Origin: a virus
Virus record (IMG/VR): IMGVR_UViG_3300045988_176357
Coordinates: 1-64,000 of that record
Strand: one strand, 5' to 3'
Length of the DNA stretch: 64,000 nucleotides
The notes beneath the pieces are model-generated. The model was not told the origin of the DNA, ran no database searches, and saw nothing but the letters and a program-made list of their open reading frames with translations. The position numbers and the translations under genes were made by a program. This document shows positions 39,679 through 53,025 of this stretch, in pieces (position 1 is the first letter of the stretch; the number at the start of each line of letters is the position of its first letter).

Positions 39679-40740
39679 ATGAACATAAGTACTTAGAACC
39701 TTATTGATCTCGCTGGATCTGTACAGCTTAAGCCAGGGCAGAGAATGGTGCGTGTATCAGGCAACACATGGATGCCTATTGGCGTCGGCGGCAACTTCAT
39801 GCCTGGAGGAACAAGCGGCACCTCGGCAGAGTATTACAAGTGCGCCAGCGTTGCGGAGCCAGGCACCTTATCGGTCAATATACCGAACAATGCAGAACTT
39901 TCCGGGGTATATACTTACAATTCGTCAAATGGCAGATATGTAAATACAAATGGTGCATTCTTTTTGCATGACGGAAATTACTGGGTGCTGGTAGGTACCA
40001 ACGGATACTATTACTGTCAGAGCGATGAAATAGCATCTGATACTACTCCTGCTGACGCCACAGGATGGAAGCTGTCAAGTGGTTCAATGGATGCTATAGA
40101 TATGACTGTGACTATACCGAAGACATGGAGCGGCTACAAGGCGGTATTCGACTCAACGGCTGGAACGTGGAGCTTCGAGAGCGATGCCACAGAGGGGCTG
40201 ACATATACCAGCGTCACGCCGATCGTCGGCGGAATCTACAGTGCGGATGCCTTGGTGATTGTGTCATTGCTTTATACGGGCACGCCAACGCTGACCAGTC
40301 CTACCGGCATGCCCAGCGAGAGCTCCGACGAGTGGGAAATCAGTGCCAGCAGTTTCTACAGTGATAACTCTGCTCCGTGGAAAGCCTTCGACGGGATAAC
40401 AGGTAGCTCTTCTGGATGGACAGGAGCATCAAATTCTTCGTGGTGGCTTCAGTGGCAAAATAAGACGAAACAAGTGCTTGTGCAGAAGCTCAGATTTCAG
40501 GGTACAGCTTCCGGTGATATCGCACAGCAGGCTATCACCTCTTTCATCCTTCAGGGCTCTGATGACGGCAGCACATGGACAGACTTGTATACTGCGTCAG
40601 GCTTGACATGGACTACTGGATATGAGTGGAAAGAGTTCACGTTCTCGAACAGCAAGAGCTACTACTACCATAGGTTGGCAAACATCACCGTAGCTGCAAA
40701 CTATCCTACCATTATTGAACTTGAAACCTATGACATGTGA
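39679..40740 (+). CDS. receptor-binding protein with C-terminal discoidin/F5-8-type-C-like domain
   Basis: Strong RBS taggaga. One in-frame TAG. Shares SAEYYKCASV and TWSGYKAV modules with 17160..18533 but has a different C-terminal lectin-like domain. Confidence 0.65.
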
Positions 40741-40788
40741 TGCTACAGCCAGTACTCAACACAGCAGGCAGCAAACAAGGACTTAACT

Positions 40789-41319
40789 ATGTATTAGGAA
40801 TACTCAGACAGCGATATCGTGTTACAGACCCTCGTTGACTAGAGCACAAATCAGTAGCTCAGCATCAGAACACCTTACGTGACACGCACAGTTACCATAG
40901 AGCAGCAACAGCGCATCCCGCTGTACATCAACGGCAAGCTCAAGTCAGCATAGCAGCTCTCACAGCTCGGCCTCCATGTGCGACAGTACACCAAGTTGTA
41001 GCGTTAGCAGATCTACTTCACCAACCTTTATGCGCAGGATGCACAGGGAGACAAGGCTCTGCAGCTTCGTGTCAGACAGTACAAGGCATATCTCGATCAG
41101 CTAGGACTCTCCTACAGCGTCTCCCAGGACACAATTATGGCTGCAATCCAGCAGTCAGACATGACGGATGCTTAGAAAGCTACAGTCGCAATGTAGATGA
41201 AAGCCATCTACGACGCCATTACCACCAATCTGTAGTTCTACGGATCTTAGACCCCGCACAAGGACACGTACAACTATATTGCAAAGCTTATACAGTACCT
41301 TCCGGAGGTGACAGAATGA
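40789..41319 (+). CDS. hypothetical protein (TAG-recoded)
   Basis: Frame 1 ATG. Stop overlaps the next start. Confidence 0.4.
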
Positions 41320-41564
41320 GTCTTCCGTAGTACATGATCACCGACTTGCCGCAGTATGTACACATCACAGACCGCAGCAAGTTTCAGAACTCCATAGTAT
41401 AGCCGGGCGCTGCACTTATATTCAGCTAGGACGGAGCATCTCTCACAGTCAAGCTTCCTTCAGGCATCTTTCAGAGTGTCTCAGGAGATATGAGCGATTC
41501 CACGTATCAGAATATCATGGGCATCATCGGAGACACATCCGCCGCCAGCAACAACGCACTTTGA
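41316..41564 (+). CDS. small hypothetical protein (TAG-recoded)
   Basis: ATGA overlap with the upstream stop. Frame 0 runs to TGA 41562-64. Confidence 0.35.
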
Positions 41565-41651
41565 CGGGGTACATTTGTTAGTAGTTCTGATGCGCTCCGT
41601 GCAGAGCGCACTGAATGTATCCACAAGCCAATGTAAAAACAGGAATACAAC

Positions 41652-43316
41652 ATGGCAGAAAAGAATGTACAGCTCAAGTGCGGTTAGGACTTGCTGTATC
41701 CGAAGACGAAGCTCGCTATGGTGGACGGGCTCATTGATCAGGATACAGGAAAGATCGACACTGCGCTTCTCCCGAAGACAGGGATTGACATCAAGTACAA
41801 CAACGGCATGATCTAGCAGGGAGTCACGTAGATCAACTTCGCAGGCACTGTTACAGTGTAGAAGACTGCGGACGGCGTTGTCAAAGCACGTATCGGCTAG
41901 AACCAGAACAGCTCCAACTTCAACTCCAAGGACGGCGTTACCGATGGTACTGTGTCGTACTCCGGCATCACTGCAAAGAGCATGATCATGACGACACCCG
42001 CCGACTAGACCTGGGGTATCGGAGACTGGGCTGCAGGTTCCACGCATTCCGGCTTCAACGCATCCACGGCTTCCTCTCAGAATGTCACTGTGACGACCGC
42101 CGGAAATATCCACTTCTAGTAGGAGAACAGCTCCTTCACCGCACAAGTCATCGACTGGTCCGGTGTTGCAGCACAGACCACCTTCGCTGTTGGTTCTGAC
42201 GGAACTGTTACGCCCTCCGGCGACGCCGGAATCACATGCTCCATCGCCAGCTACGGCACAGAAACAAATGCGCCTGCAGCTGTGGGCAACATGGGCAAGC
42301 CGACGTTCACGTTCGACATGAAGCAGCTTCTTCCTTAGGGCGGACGCTTCCACTTCAAGATCGTGCACAACAACGGCACATAGGGCGCCTTTACATGGGA
42401 AATGTAGTAGCTGTTCTACAATGCAGGTACGACGCCGACAGTTGCGACGCCTGCAATTGAGTTCGCTTCACAGGATACGACTCAGGTGTCCGGTGTCAGC
42501 TACATCAGCAGCGGGACGCTGAACGTCACGTCCGCGCAGATTGCCAATCTCAACAAGCGCGCCGCAACTACAGGCAACAAGGTTGCAGTCTCCGGCTCCT
42601 ACACGACGTACACATACAATGCGTCGCATCTGCAGGACTACACGCTTTAGTAGAACGACGTCACTGCGTTCGCTTCCACTGTCACGCTCGCAACGGGCAA
42701 GTCTCTTGCAGGCAACCTGTCTGTGAACATGAATGCGACCAATGCGTATGCGACCTCCGGCAATGTAGCCAGCAATGCCATCGCCGCTCTTGTCGACACT
42801 CTTGCAGCAGGAACGACAGATGCCACTGCAAACGAGTCCTTCAAGACCTAGACCTACAGGTTGAAAGCGGACTGTTCCACACCTTGGGACAGTACATAGA
42901 GCCTCGCAGCCAACGACGGTCTGCAGCAGATGCACAAGCAGCTCAAATATCCGACGCAGAACTTCTCTGCGTACACTCCTGCAGGACCTGATTACTCGGG
43001 ACTCACAGGATTCAGGTACTACATCAGAAGCTTCACGTTTGTCGGTACCAAGTTCGGAGGCACGTTCACGTTCGGCAACCTCACATAGAGCGATCTGGAT
43101 GCAGCCAAGCTCACCATTGAAGTGTCCAAGGACGGCTCCACATGGTACGACATCACCAAGACGTAGGCGTTCGGAGGTATCCGCGTGTTCGCAGATACTG
43201 TTAAGGCTCCGAAGCTGCAGTTCGCATTCGCAGACGCAGCTTCCGACGTCATCTACCTCCGCATCGGAATGAACAACACATTCACCAAGGCTCTCACAAG
43301 CCTTGCGTTCGCATAA
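41652..43316 (+). CDS. virion-like beta-rich protein (TAG-recoded, about 16 TAG)
   Basis: Frame 0 is open from ATG 41652 to TAA 43314-16, spot-checked by coordinates. The opposite strand shows long spurious antisense ORFs. Confidence 0.6.
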
Positions 43317-43328
43317 GGAGGTGCTTGA

Positions 43329-43931
43329 ATGAGCTAGAAATTCGTTGCCAACCGCAACTATTTTCATACGTTCTCCAAGGTCGGCGTTCAGGAAGACATG
43401 TACGTCTTCCAGTCCAAGGTCAAGGGAGGGCACACTGTATCCGCATAGGACGTCCGCGCATAGAACGGTCTGCTTCCTGTCGGAGCCACTTTCGATGAGC
43501 TGAAGGCACTGTACGTGGCGAACGCGAACGGTTAGCAAGCTGTGATGAAGATGTACTAGAAGTACTCTCTCAGCCGCATTGCCGACTCCAACGTGAACAA
43601 CAAGTACCAGGCATGGCAGATCATCGACAACGGTAAACCTGTACAGGGCTTTATCGCTCCCACCGATGTGTTGGATGCTTCAGGCAATCCGGCTCTCGGC
43701 TACACTGCCAAGCTGTACAAGTAGGATGGCACTACACAGATTGCAGGAACAGACGGCAACTGGGTGTTCGACTACTACTCAGGACTTGTTCTGTTCGAGA
43801 AAGGCAAGGAACCGTAGTCCCTCGGATGGGGCATGGTGAAACTGTCCGCTTTCGCTTATATAGGAAAAACTATCAAGCAGCAAATTGACTCTATCACCTC
43901 TGTTGCAGGTGTTGTGTACTAGGTAATATAA
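43329..43931 (+). CDS. hypothetical protein (TAG-recoded)
   Basis: Frame 0 runs from ATG 43329 to TAA 43929-31. RBS aaggagg. Confidence 0.45.
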
Positions 43932-43947
43932 CAAAAAGGACCATATA

Positions 43948-44643
43948 ATGGCTAATCTTAATGTCAGACTTAAAAATCAGACTGGCGACATTCTGTATCC
44001 GTAGACGCTCGCAGCGAATGTTCTGAATCTTGATACATTTATCCAGTCCCAGATCTCCTCTGCGGGTCTCCTGAGCCGCGAAATCGTAACTTCTCTTCCG
44101 ACTGAAAACATCAGCGAAGCCAAGATCTACATGATCCTCAAGGATCCTGCGGGATCTGGTCAGAACGTGTACAATGAGTACATGTATATCAATGGCGCGT
44201 GGGAACTCATCGGAGATACCGCTGTCGACCTCACCGGATACGCGACCGAAGAGTACGTGACGAATGCGATCAAGGATAAGGCTGATAAGGCCACCACACT
44301 TGCTGGATATGGCATCACGGACGGTGCGACGAAGACGTAGCTGAGTGATGCTGTCAGCACGATCAACACGTCTCTCGACGGCAAGGCGGACAAGGCCACC
44401 ACGCTGGCAGGATATGGGATCACAGACGCTGTTTCTGATTCCGAATTCGCCTCTGCGAAAACAGAACTGCAGAACAGCATCAACACCAAGGCTGATGCCT
44501 CTGCGGTCACGGCTCTTGAAGGTACCGTTGCAACCAAAGCGGATCAGGCGGATCTTGATGCTCTCAGTGACTCCGTCAGCGCTCTTAAGGAACAGGTCAA
44601 CGGCCTTGTCTCCAGTCAGATCACGTACTAGGTGATTGCATAA
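43948..44643 (+). CDS. fiber-associated protein with TTLAGYGITDGA/AVSD repeats (TAG-recoded)
   Basis: Frame 1 with 3 TAG codons. Followed by a terminator. Confidence 0.55.
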
Positions 44644-44668
44644 TCACTTCTCCCTTGAACTGACAACT

Positions 44669-44705
44669 AAGACGCAAGGGATCCTTTTCCTTGCGTCTTT
44701 TTATT
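44669..44705 (+). terminator. rho-independent terminator
   Basis: aagacgcaagggatccttttccttgcgtctttttatt. Confidence 0.7.
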
Positions 44706-44715
44706 AGGAGCCACA

Positions 44716-46440
44716 ATGGCAGCGACCACTAAGAATGTATATTTGAAAAATGTAGCGGGTTAGACACTGTACCCGTATACTACCAATGTGCCGCATAAAG
44801 CTTAGTTTTCGTTTGCCGATGGCTAGCTTGCGCTTAACTTCGATAAAGTCAGAGACGGGCTCGGCCTTACAAGTGACAGTCTCAGTTTCAGTCTTCCCTA
44901 TCAGACCTTTTCACAGGTAACCGACAACCAGGTCATACTCAGCGGACTGCCTGTAGGAATCAAGACGGAGCTCGGAAACTACTATCCTGTGTAGAAGAAC
45001 TCTCTGCAGTTCACATAGACAGGAATCAGCCTGACAGTCACAAGATATCTCGCATACGACGGACTTGATACATTCTCAGGCACATGGACAGCTTACTTTG
45101 CCTGCGGTCGCGACGGACTGCAGGGACCTAAGGGATAGACAGGTGCGGCCGGGCCTGCCAATACACTTTCAATCGGAACAGTTTCTTCCGGTGACACAGC
45201 TTCAGCTACTATTACAGGTGACGCTCCCAACCAGGCACTCAATCTTGTGCTGCCTAAAGGATAGAAGGGAGATACTGGAGCAGACGGCACCAGCGGCGCG
45301 GACGGCATAACACCGCACATAGATAACACCACAAAGCACTGGTTCATAGGCGATACAGACACAGGTATACTTGCTCAGGCCGATCTCGGAGAAGCCAGGA
45401 AACAGATCACCAGTGTCGATGCACAGTTCAGAGCTTCAGTGAACAGTGCTCTTGCACCTGTAGCTATACTTACTGATCTTGGAAACTACTATCCGGTATA
45501 GAAGAACTCTGTTACTGTACAGGATAATACATATACAATTCAGCTTACCAGATACCTTGCGTACGATGGCGTCGACACTTTTACTGGCCCGTGGACAGTT
45601 TACTTCGCAGGCGGAGGCTAGACCGGACAACAGGGCATACAGGGCTAGCAAGGTCCTGCGGGCCCATCCAATACGCTCTCCATAGGTACGGTTACATCAG
45701 GCGACACAGCTTCGGCTACCATTACAGGCACATCACCTTAGCAGGTGTTGAACCTGGTGCTGCCGAAGGGGGATAAGGGAGACACAGGTCAAGCAGGTGC
45801 CGATGGAGCCTCAGCATATCAGGTATGGATCAACAACGGTAACGCAGGCACACAAACAGACTTCCTCGACTCACTTAAAGCTACAGGTTACAGACATCCG
45901 TTCACTGCTGCGGATATAGCAAATGACACGCTCACCATAACGACAACAGGCACTCCTGTATCCATATCCGATCAGGATTCCATTACGTATCCTCTGCAGT
46001 TCGCTTCATACAGAGTGACAGGCACGCAAGTTACGATTGACATGGCTGTGAACTTGAGCGCAATAGGCAAGGGCGTAAGCGGAACATGGTATGTCAACTT
46101 TGCTGCTGGCGGGCCTGGAGCATAGCCTTCCGGCACATATATTACAGAGCAGACCGGCGCTTCATTCACACCTGCTGCAAACAATATCTATAAGCACACT
46201 ATTGTGTCAGGGTAGAGCATCTCTTTCACTTCTACCAACATGAGTGCAGGAAGATGTTCTACATTTGAGCTGTGGCTTATAATGGGATCTGCAGTTGTCA
46301 GCTTCTCTTTGCCTGATACTCTTACATGGGTAGGAGCCGCGCCCAGCTTCGACAGTGCCAATACGCTGTATGCACTTGTAATAAGATGGGACGGATAGAG
46401 CTACATAGCCAATCTGGCATATACAAAGACTGTCGCATAA
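44716..46440 (+). CDS. second collagen-like / phage-fiber-repeat tail fiber (TAG-recoded)
   Basis: RBS taggag. Frame 1 runs to TAA 46438-40. Contains track ORF 45745..46125. Shares a near-identical repeat module with 35885..38767. Confidence 0.65.
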
Positions 46441-46449
46441 GGAGTATGA

Positions 46450-46878
46450 ATGTACGCTAAGATATAGAACGGTTCCGTGGTTTATCCTCCACGGAACGAC
46501 GGAAACAGATTCAATGTCGATACCTGTGTATAGTGGCTTCAACAGCACGGCTTCACAGATATGACAGCGTAGCAGCTTGCTCCTTATCTTACACAGGAGA
46601 CAGTGGATTATACAGCTTTCGATAACGCATGTCAGATGTTCCGTCAGGTCTGCTATCAGATAGGCGGAGCCATAGGCAACGCATAGTTCAAAGGAGGCTT
46701 CGACTAGTACGCCTCTTTCATTGACTCACAGTACGCACAATAGAATCCGGCACAGGCTGCTTTATATGCTGCAATGTGGTCCGGTGCTAATGAGTATGCC
46801 AAATATGAAGGCTCCAAGATCGGTCTCGGGCAGCCTGACTGGTGGTACAGGTGCTGGGACATACAGAAGGAAGCATAA
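46450..46878 (+). CDS. hypothetical protein (TAG-recoded)
   Basis: RBS aaggag. Frame 1 runs to TAA 46876-78. Confidence 0.4.
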
Positions 46879-46913
46879 TGCCTATTACATAGAAAATATA
46901 CACCGACGCGTAG

Positions 46914-48422
46914 ATGGCTGTTGATCCGCCTGTCGGAGCATTCACTGTATTCCATGGCTACAATAATGGAATGGACAGCACTGACGGCGTAGGTTTGAGG
47001 ATCCTCAAGAGCGACGGCACTATATAGAAAGCCGACGACAATGAAGCGTACCTGAAGCTGTCAGGCGGAACGATGACTGGTGTTATCTAGAGGAGCGGAC
47101 GCTTTGTGCACAACCCGACAGCAGGCGGTGCGCTTGTGCTGTAGGGTGGTAAAGACGGTATATAGCATGGTGGCGGCCTGTGGCTGTACGATGACTAGTA
47201 CGCATCCGCTTAGACATACAGGTTTCTGTTACGAGCTGCAGACAACGGTACATATTCGGATCTGAAAGGCGGACCGCAAGGTCAGCTGTTATGGGGAGGC
47301 AAAAATATCGTTCGCTCTGTCGTTACTTTATCGGGTACCGCCGATGCCAACGGTAATATAAGCCAGGGTACGCTGTTCACAGGCTAGCTTCTCGCTGCCT
47401 CCGCAGATCTGAACAACTACAAGACGCCGGGTTACTACTACAGCAACGCCAATGTGGACTGTGCACAGATGGGCAATCATCCATCCGGTCTGGCAGGAGT
47501 ACTGCATGTAGAGGGACACAATGGAAGTACCATCACGATACAGACGTGGACCGACTATGTTGTTAATAATGCTCAGGGCTAGATATGGACACGCAGATGC
47601 TACAACGGCACATGGTCCGTGTGGTACAGACTGCAGATGGAACCTCCTACTGTCGTGTATGTGGGAGCCACAAGAAGCATCACAAGCATCTCTCAGCTTC
47701 AGCAGTACCTGAATGCCAGAGGCTCGCAGACCAGAGCGATTACGGTGTCTTTTGACGACGGAACGTATGCCGGAACTCTTGGCTGTCTGCGTTGCTCTGT
47801 TGTTCTGCAGAGTACTTCTGCCAATGCCAGCAAGGTAACACTTACAGGGGATATCACTTTCGGTTACTCTGTGTTCAGCAGAGCGCAAAATCTCACAATG
47901 ACAGGCGGCGTCACTTTCCAGAACTGTCTGTGTGCATAGTGCATATCCTGCAGGCTGACAGGACCCAGCAGAACAGCAATCTCTGTTGTCAGCTGCGGGT
48001 CAGCCGCAATCAACTCGGTTACTGCAACAAGGTCAAGCGCTGCAGGGGACGTAATCAATGTCGCATATACACCTAAAGTCAATATCTATAACAGCTCCGC
48101 TACAAGCTACAGCACATCCAGTGGCGCCTGCATCGTTGTAGTAAGCTGCGATATGTGTACCATAACAGGCACTCTCACGTGCAGCACAGGCGCGTATGCA
48201 CTGTATATGCAGAACAGCTTTGTGGAGTTCAATTCAGCGGCGTCTGTGACATGGAACAACATAAGCACCACGTAGCTGTAGGGCAATTTCCGCAATCTGT
48301 GCGTGGCTTACAGCGGCACCACATTCAACAGAACAGGTACGACGGCCGCCAATAAGTGTGTCCCGGCCAACAAGGTGAACGGAAACAGCAACAGCCTTAA
48401 TGTTTTGCCTGACAACTACTGA
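46914..48422 (+). CDS. tail fiber / spike protein with C-terminal knob-like domain (TAG-recoded)
   Basis: Frame 0 runs from ATG 46914 to TGA 48420-22. Contains track ORF 47619..47939. GVLHVEGHNGSTITIQTWTDYVVNNAQG(Q)IWTRRCYNGTWSVWYRL. Confidence 0.6.
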
Positions 48423-48442
48423 GAAGGACAAGGAGACGCCCC

Positions 48443-49039
48443 ATGAAATACGTAGTTTCAAATACTGACAATATCATCATAGCGACACACGACGATAATC
48501 AGAATGTCGAGAACCTGTACAATAACTGCACAGTGTACAAATCGACTGAGCACTATGAGCTTGGCGATACGTTCGTGATTCCTCCTGCCACATATCAGGA
48601 ACTAACGGAATTCCTGTATCAGGAAAAATGCAAGGTTGCATATGGTGGAGTCACTGTCGTCAGAGATTCTCAGCATTATACATTCGAAACCACGCAGGAT
48701 TCCATCACTATGTGCAACAGCCTTGCTCTGGCTATTGCATCGCAACCGGACACGTACACTATATACTGGAAGTGCTGGTGCGACGGCATGCCTAAAATGC
48801 TGGAGCTTACGAAAGTGCAGTTCAACGCGATCTTCGCCTTTGGTATCCAGATGATCAATTAGGCGTTCGCTGTATAGGGCACGCTCAATGCAACAGTACA
48901 GAGCATGCTCTCATAGCAGATGCAGGATCAGGAATACATAGCACAGTTCAAGCAGCAGGCGGAAGAAGCTTTCTCGGCAGTCAACACTGTGTTCAACATT
49001 ACATAGGCGTCGGACTCTTCTTTGACTGAAGCACAGTGA
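48443..49039 (+). CDS. putative tail fiber assembly/chaperone protein (TAG-recoded)
   Basis: Follows the fiber gene. Frame 2 extends beyond the TAG to TGA 49037-39. Confidence 0.45.
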
Positions 49040-49090
49040 TGTTAGACTATAGATGTACATTGTAACGCATAATGTACTTTCGTAAGGTTT

Positions 49091-49124
49091 CCCGCGTCGT
49101 CACCATACCGGCGCGGGATTTTTT
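49091..49124 (+). terminator. rho-independent terminator
   Basis: cccgcgtcgtcaccataccggcgcggg followed by a T-run. Confidence 0.7.
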
Positions 49125-49295
49125 ATTTTGCAATCTGTGTACTGTATTTATCGTACTGTTCCTGTGTGATCTTTCCCTGCTGCAGCTGCTATGTCAGCCA
49201 CTTCTAGTCCTGAGCATAATTGTACTTTGCAGTGTCCATGCAGCCTGCACCAAAATACATAGCACAGCCAAGCAGCACCGTAATAAGTATCTTTC

Positions 49296-50108
49296 TCATT
49301 CTGCCTCCAATATAGCTTGTGTCTGCTGATACGCTTCTTCGCGCATACCGAAACCATCCGACCATTTGAGCAGATTCCCGTTGTAGCTCTATGCGGGTCT
49401 TATCAGATGTACATTTGGAAGTTCCAGATATCCTGCCTACTTCAACTGCATCACTTCTCTGTCCATAACAGCATTGAGCAGCTGCAGCAGTCCTGCTATT
49501 CCCTGTACTTCGCCAGTGTACTTTGTAGGCGGTGTCAGCACCACGTACACATCGTCGTACTTCGCTGTCTACTGAACCGAAGGCAACGGTATATTGTTGA
49601 GTACACCGCCATCGCCGTACAGCTCCTGGCCGACTTTAACAGGCATGAACAGAAACGGAATACTTGTAGCTGCAAGCACCCATGTCGGCGTGGCGGCCTT
49701 CATGTGACTCGTATAGTCATCAAGTCTGGTGACAGATACCTGTACACGGTCCATTGCACTGATTGTCATGTTCTGCAGAAGGAATCTTGCGAGTCCGGTA
49801 TTGTCGATGATGTAGTTGCTCTTGCTGTATGCGCTCTTGACAGCCTGCACAGGTGCAAGCTCCATCCACTAAGAGATGCTCTTGTTCTCCATAAGATCTG
49901 TGAACCACTGGCTGTCATGCCCGCTGTAATACAGACCGCTGAAAAGTGCGCCACCTGAAGATGCAAGAACCTTGCCTGGAACAGCTCCATGCTGCTAGAA
50001 GGCTCTGTATACCCCTGTGAGTATCTACGGAGACATTACACCGCCGCCCTGAGCGACAAGCAGCGTGTTGTCCAAGTACTTTATGTCGTTGGAAATAGAG
50101 TCTGACAT
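49296..50108 (-). CDS. patatin-like phospholipase (TAG-recoded, minus strand)
   Basis: RBS aaggag. VAQGGGVMSP..ASSGGALFSG..YGDGGVLNNIPL carries the patatin GxSxG-like and DGG motifs. 5 in-frame TAG. 271 codons ending in TGA. Confidence 0.55.
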
Positions 50109-51150
50109 TTACGTGCTCCTTATTTTTAGACTACAAGGAAACCAGCGTCTGTCTATAAGGATACCTATGTTTACCATACTTCAGCTTAAGAACAGCCAGC
50201 CTCTGAATCAGGCTTGTCAATAGTACATAAGAGAAACTCTCAATAAATTTTCATTAACAACGGACGGTCTGTGGCTGCGCACGTTAAAGATCGATACTGT
50301 GCAGTTCAAGTGGTGTCCGGCAATGCAGTAGTCGGACATTCTCGGAGCTTTCTGCCCTGTGAGCAGCGACACTGTATATATCCAGCCGCCTGAACTGGTT
50401 GCTAAGCTTGAATAGGATGCATAGACATAGCTGCAGATCGCATGGCTGTAGAGCATATTCTCCACAGTTGTGCATTAGCTGAGGCACATGTATCAGTGGC
50501 GGAAGAACAAGTTCTCCTATACGCTGGCTTCGCTTCCGCTTCTCAGACAGGTTATTCTGTAGAAAGACGCATAGCGCGTTCAGGTGTCCGCCTAGTTGTT
50601 CGCCTAGAGAGAAGCTGTAATACGCAACTAGAAGCGCAACATATCCAAAGGCTGGATGCAGGAAGTTGCAGTAGGGAGTGATTCAAATGCGTAATATGCT
50701 GATTGCTGTTCTGTTGATATGTTCGATCGTTTTCGTGGTAAGCTGTCAGTCGGTTACATAGCGTTAGTACTATGAACCTACATAGCAGACAAGCTTCGTG
50801 GGAACAGACGGGCTCACAAGAGGCGCTGTCAAGAGCTAGAAGGGAAAGAACGGCATTCCCGATTTCTCGCAAAATAAAACTTTCAGTTTCAATCTGCTTA
50901 ATCTGTAACAGGAGCAACCATGGCGAAATACATTCAGCCGAAGCATAAGACAGACTTTTCCAATGCCTATGTGTAGCCAGGGAAAATGCTGCTTTTTGTA
51001 TAGTCCGATTCATCTTAGGGATATGTACTTACAGGCAAGAATTCCGCAGGTCAGTTCGTTCGCATATCTGAGCAGAAGCAGGGCATAACATAGGAACAGG
51101 TACAGGCTATATCTCTCAGAAATGCATTAGTGTTCGGTTAAGGAGCTTAG

Positions 51151-53025
51151 ATGTATTAGAAGAGATATACAAGATCACTTGCAAACCCTTTCAGCACACG
51201 GTCCAACAGGTTCTTTCCAAAGACCATCAAGTAGTGCTTCGACTGGGCATAGTACATGCATGACAGATTTCCTGTCATAGGTACAGCTATAAACAAGGTC
51301 GTCAGATACTTCGCTGCCGATATAACAGTAACAAGCAAATAGTCTCCCTCTTAGACTGACACAGACTCGCTCAAGCACACATAGGAGCTGCTCAAGAACA
51401 GTTACAATCTGCTGTAGCTTCTGATACGCATTGGCTAGGAGCTTGCCACAATGGGCAATGTGTTCGTATATGCGATGCCTGTGATCAACCGGACACTGTG
51501 CTGTCCTGAATGTCGTAAGTTCGTGGTAGCCATGGATAAAGTGGTACCGAAAGTAGATTTTCAGTGGGACGGATAGTGCAAAGGCGTGTGTCCTAAGTGC
51601 GGCAAAAAGGTCACTTTTCTGATGGTTGACAAAGTCACCAGTGACTAGCTCGGGCGCAAGATCAGGTTTATGATCTACTCCCCGCGAGATGTTCAGCTCA
51701 AGTTCAATTAGCTTACAGGTTAGTACACATATCTGTACAAGATGCCTTCGCACATCAAGAATGCGATCGTGTAGGGCGATCCTGTATATCTCAGAACAAC
51801 ACCCAAAGTGTTCCTCAAAGGAGCTTTCTCCTAGAAGTTCATATAGTTCCCTGTCGATAAGTTTCTGCATCTCAGGACAGACACGCTGGCTTCCATGGAC
51901 AGGTTCTATAAGGGCTGGGGCACTCCTCTGTTCCTCAGCAGCTTCAACAACATTCTCAGACTGGCATATCTTGATAAGTTCAATTAGGCGGTTGCAACCG
52001 ACTTCATTGCTCCGATAAGAATGATCAGTCCTCCGACACAGCAGCTTCTTGCCGGTCAGGACAACCTCAGGCAGCCTATCAGCGGCCACGCTGTCAAGAA
52101 CTTCATTATGGAAGCCATTAAAGGGATCAGAGAGAATCCCTCTCAGTGGGTGGTATCTCCGTTCCCGCTCAACTATCAGATGCTCGGCGGATAGGCAAAG
52201 CAGCTTGCACCTGTGTAGCTGATGAAGTGGTACTAGGACAGAATTCTGTAGGATATGGCAATTCCTCTGTAGATCAGACAGACTACATTCCAGGCAGTAG
52301 CGCCATCTATGGGTCTCAGAATGTTTTAGCGGCAGTGGATACACTTTACTTCGCATCTTGACTACGGGCTCAGATGGCTTGTAGACAGAATCTGCTAGGT
52401 GCATCTGCTTGATCAGGTGTCGGTACGCCTTGACAAGACATCGTTCGTTTAGGACGACATGCACAAACAGACCATCCTTAACATGATGGGCAGCGGACTT
52501 GTCTCTACAGACACTGTTCTGAGTACTATAGGACTCGACTTCAAGGACTAGGTCAACAAGAAACTTGAAGAACAGAACTACGAAGCAGAAGAAGCCGCAA
52601 AGAGCCAGGCGAATCAGCAGCAGATGTAGATGACTGCTTCTGTATTGCCTCCTCCCGGATCATAGGGCATTGGAGCTGCACAGCTGAACATGTAGATGGT
52701 TCAGCAGGCGAACATGCCTCAGCAAGCTATGCAGCAAGGCGCACCTATGCCAGCAGCTCCTGCAGGAGCAGGCATGCCGCCGATGCCAGCAGGTTTGCAG
52801 AACAGTCAGTCTGCAGGTGTGTAGGCGCTGTTCCAGCAGGCACAGCAGATAGCTCAGCAGATATTCGACACAGGAGTTACGCAGGGTCCTGGTGCACGCA
52901 GAGCTGCTCTTGTGCAGTTGAAGCAACAGAATCCGTAGCTCCATGCACAGGTTAAGCAGATACTGTTGAACATTGATCAGCAGACCGCCTCGCAGGCAGT
53001 AGCACAATCCAAGATGCCGCAATGA
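51151..53025 (+). CDS. large virion morphogenesis protein with CxxC..CxxC Zn-ribbon and Gln/Met-rich C-terminus (TAG-recoded); portal is one possibility
   Basis: RBS aaggag. Frame 1 is open for 625 codons and spot-checked at 3 positions. CCPECRKF..CPKCGKK. A 429-codon antisense ORF on the minus strand is judged spurious. Confidence 0.55.

Noticed and set aside
49317-49958. Plus-strand 213-codon ORF
   Set aside because: It is antisense to the patatin-like gene, whose motifs and RBS are on the minus strand. Its composition looks non-protein-like.
51175-52464. 429-codon minus-strand ORF, and similar long minus-strand ORFs at 41481-42368, 42468-43538, 60556-61602, 37609-38118 and 30459-31067 region
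   Set aside because: They lie antisense to coherent plus-strand TAG-recoded genes, have Cys/Arg/His-rich low-complexity composition and no homology signal. They look like artifacts of codon bias (rare TTA/CTA/TCA on the sense strand).
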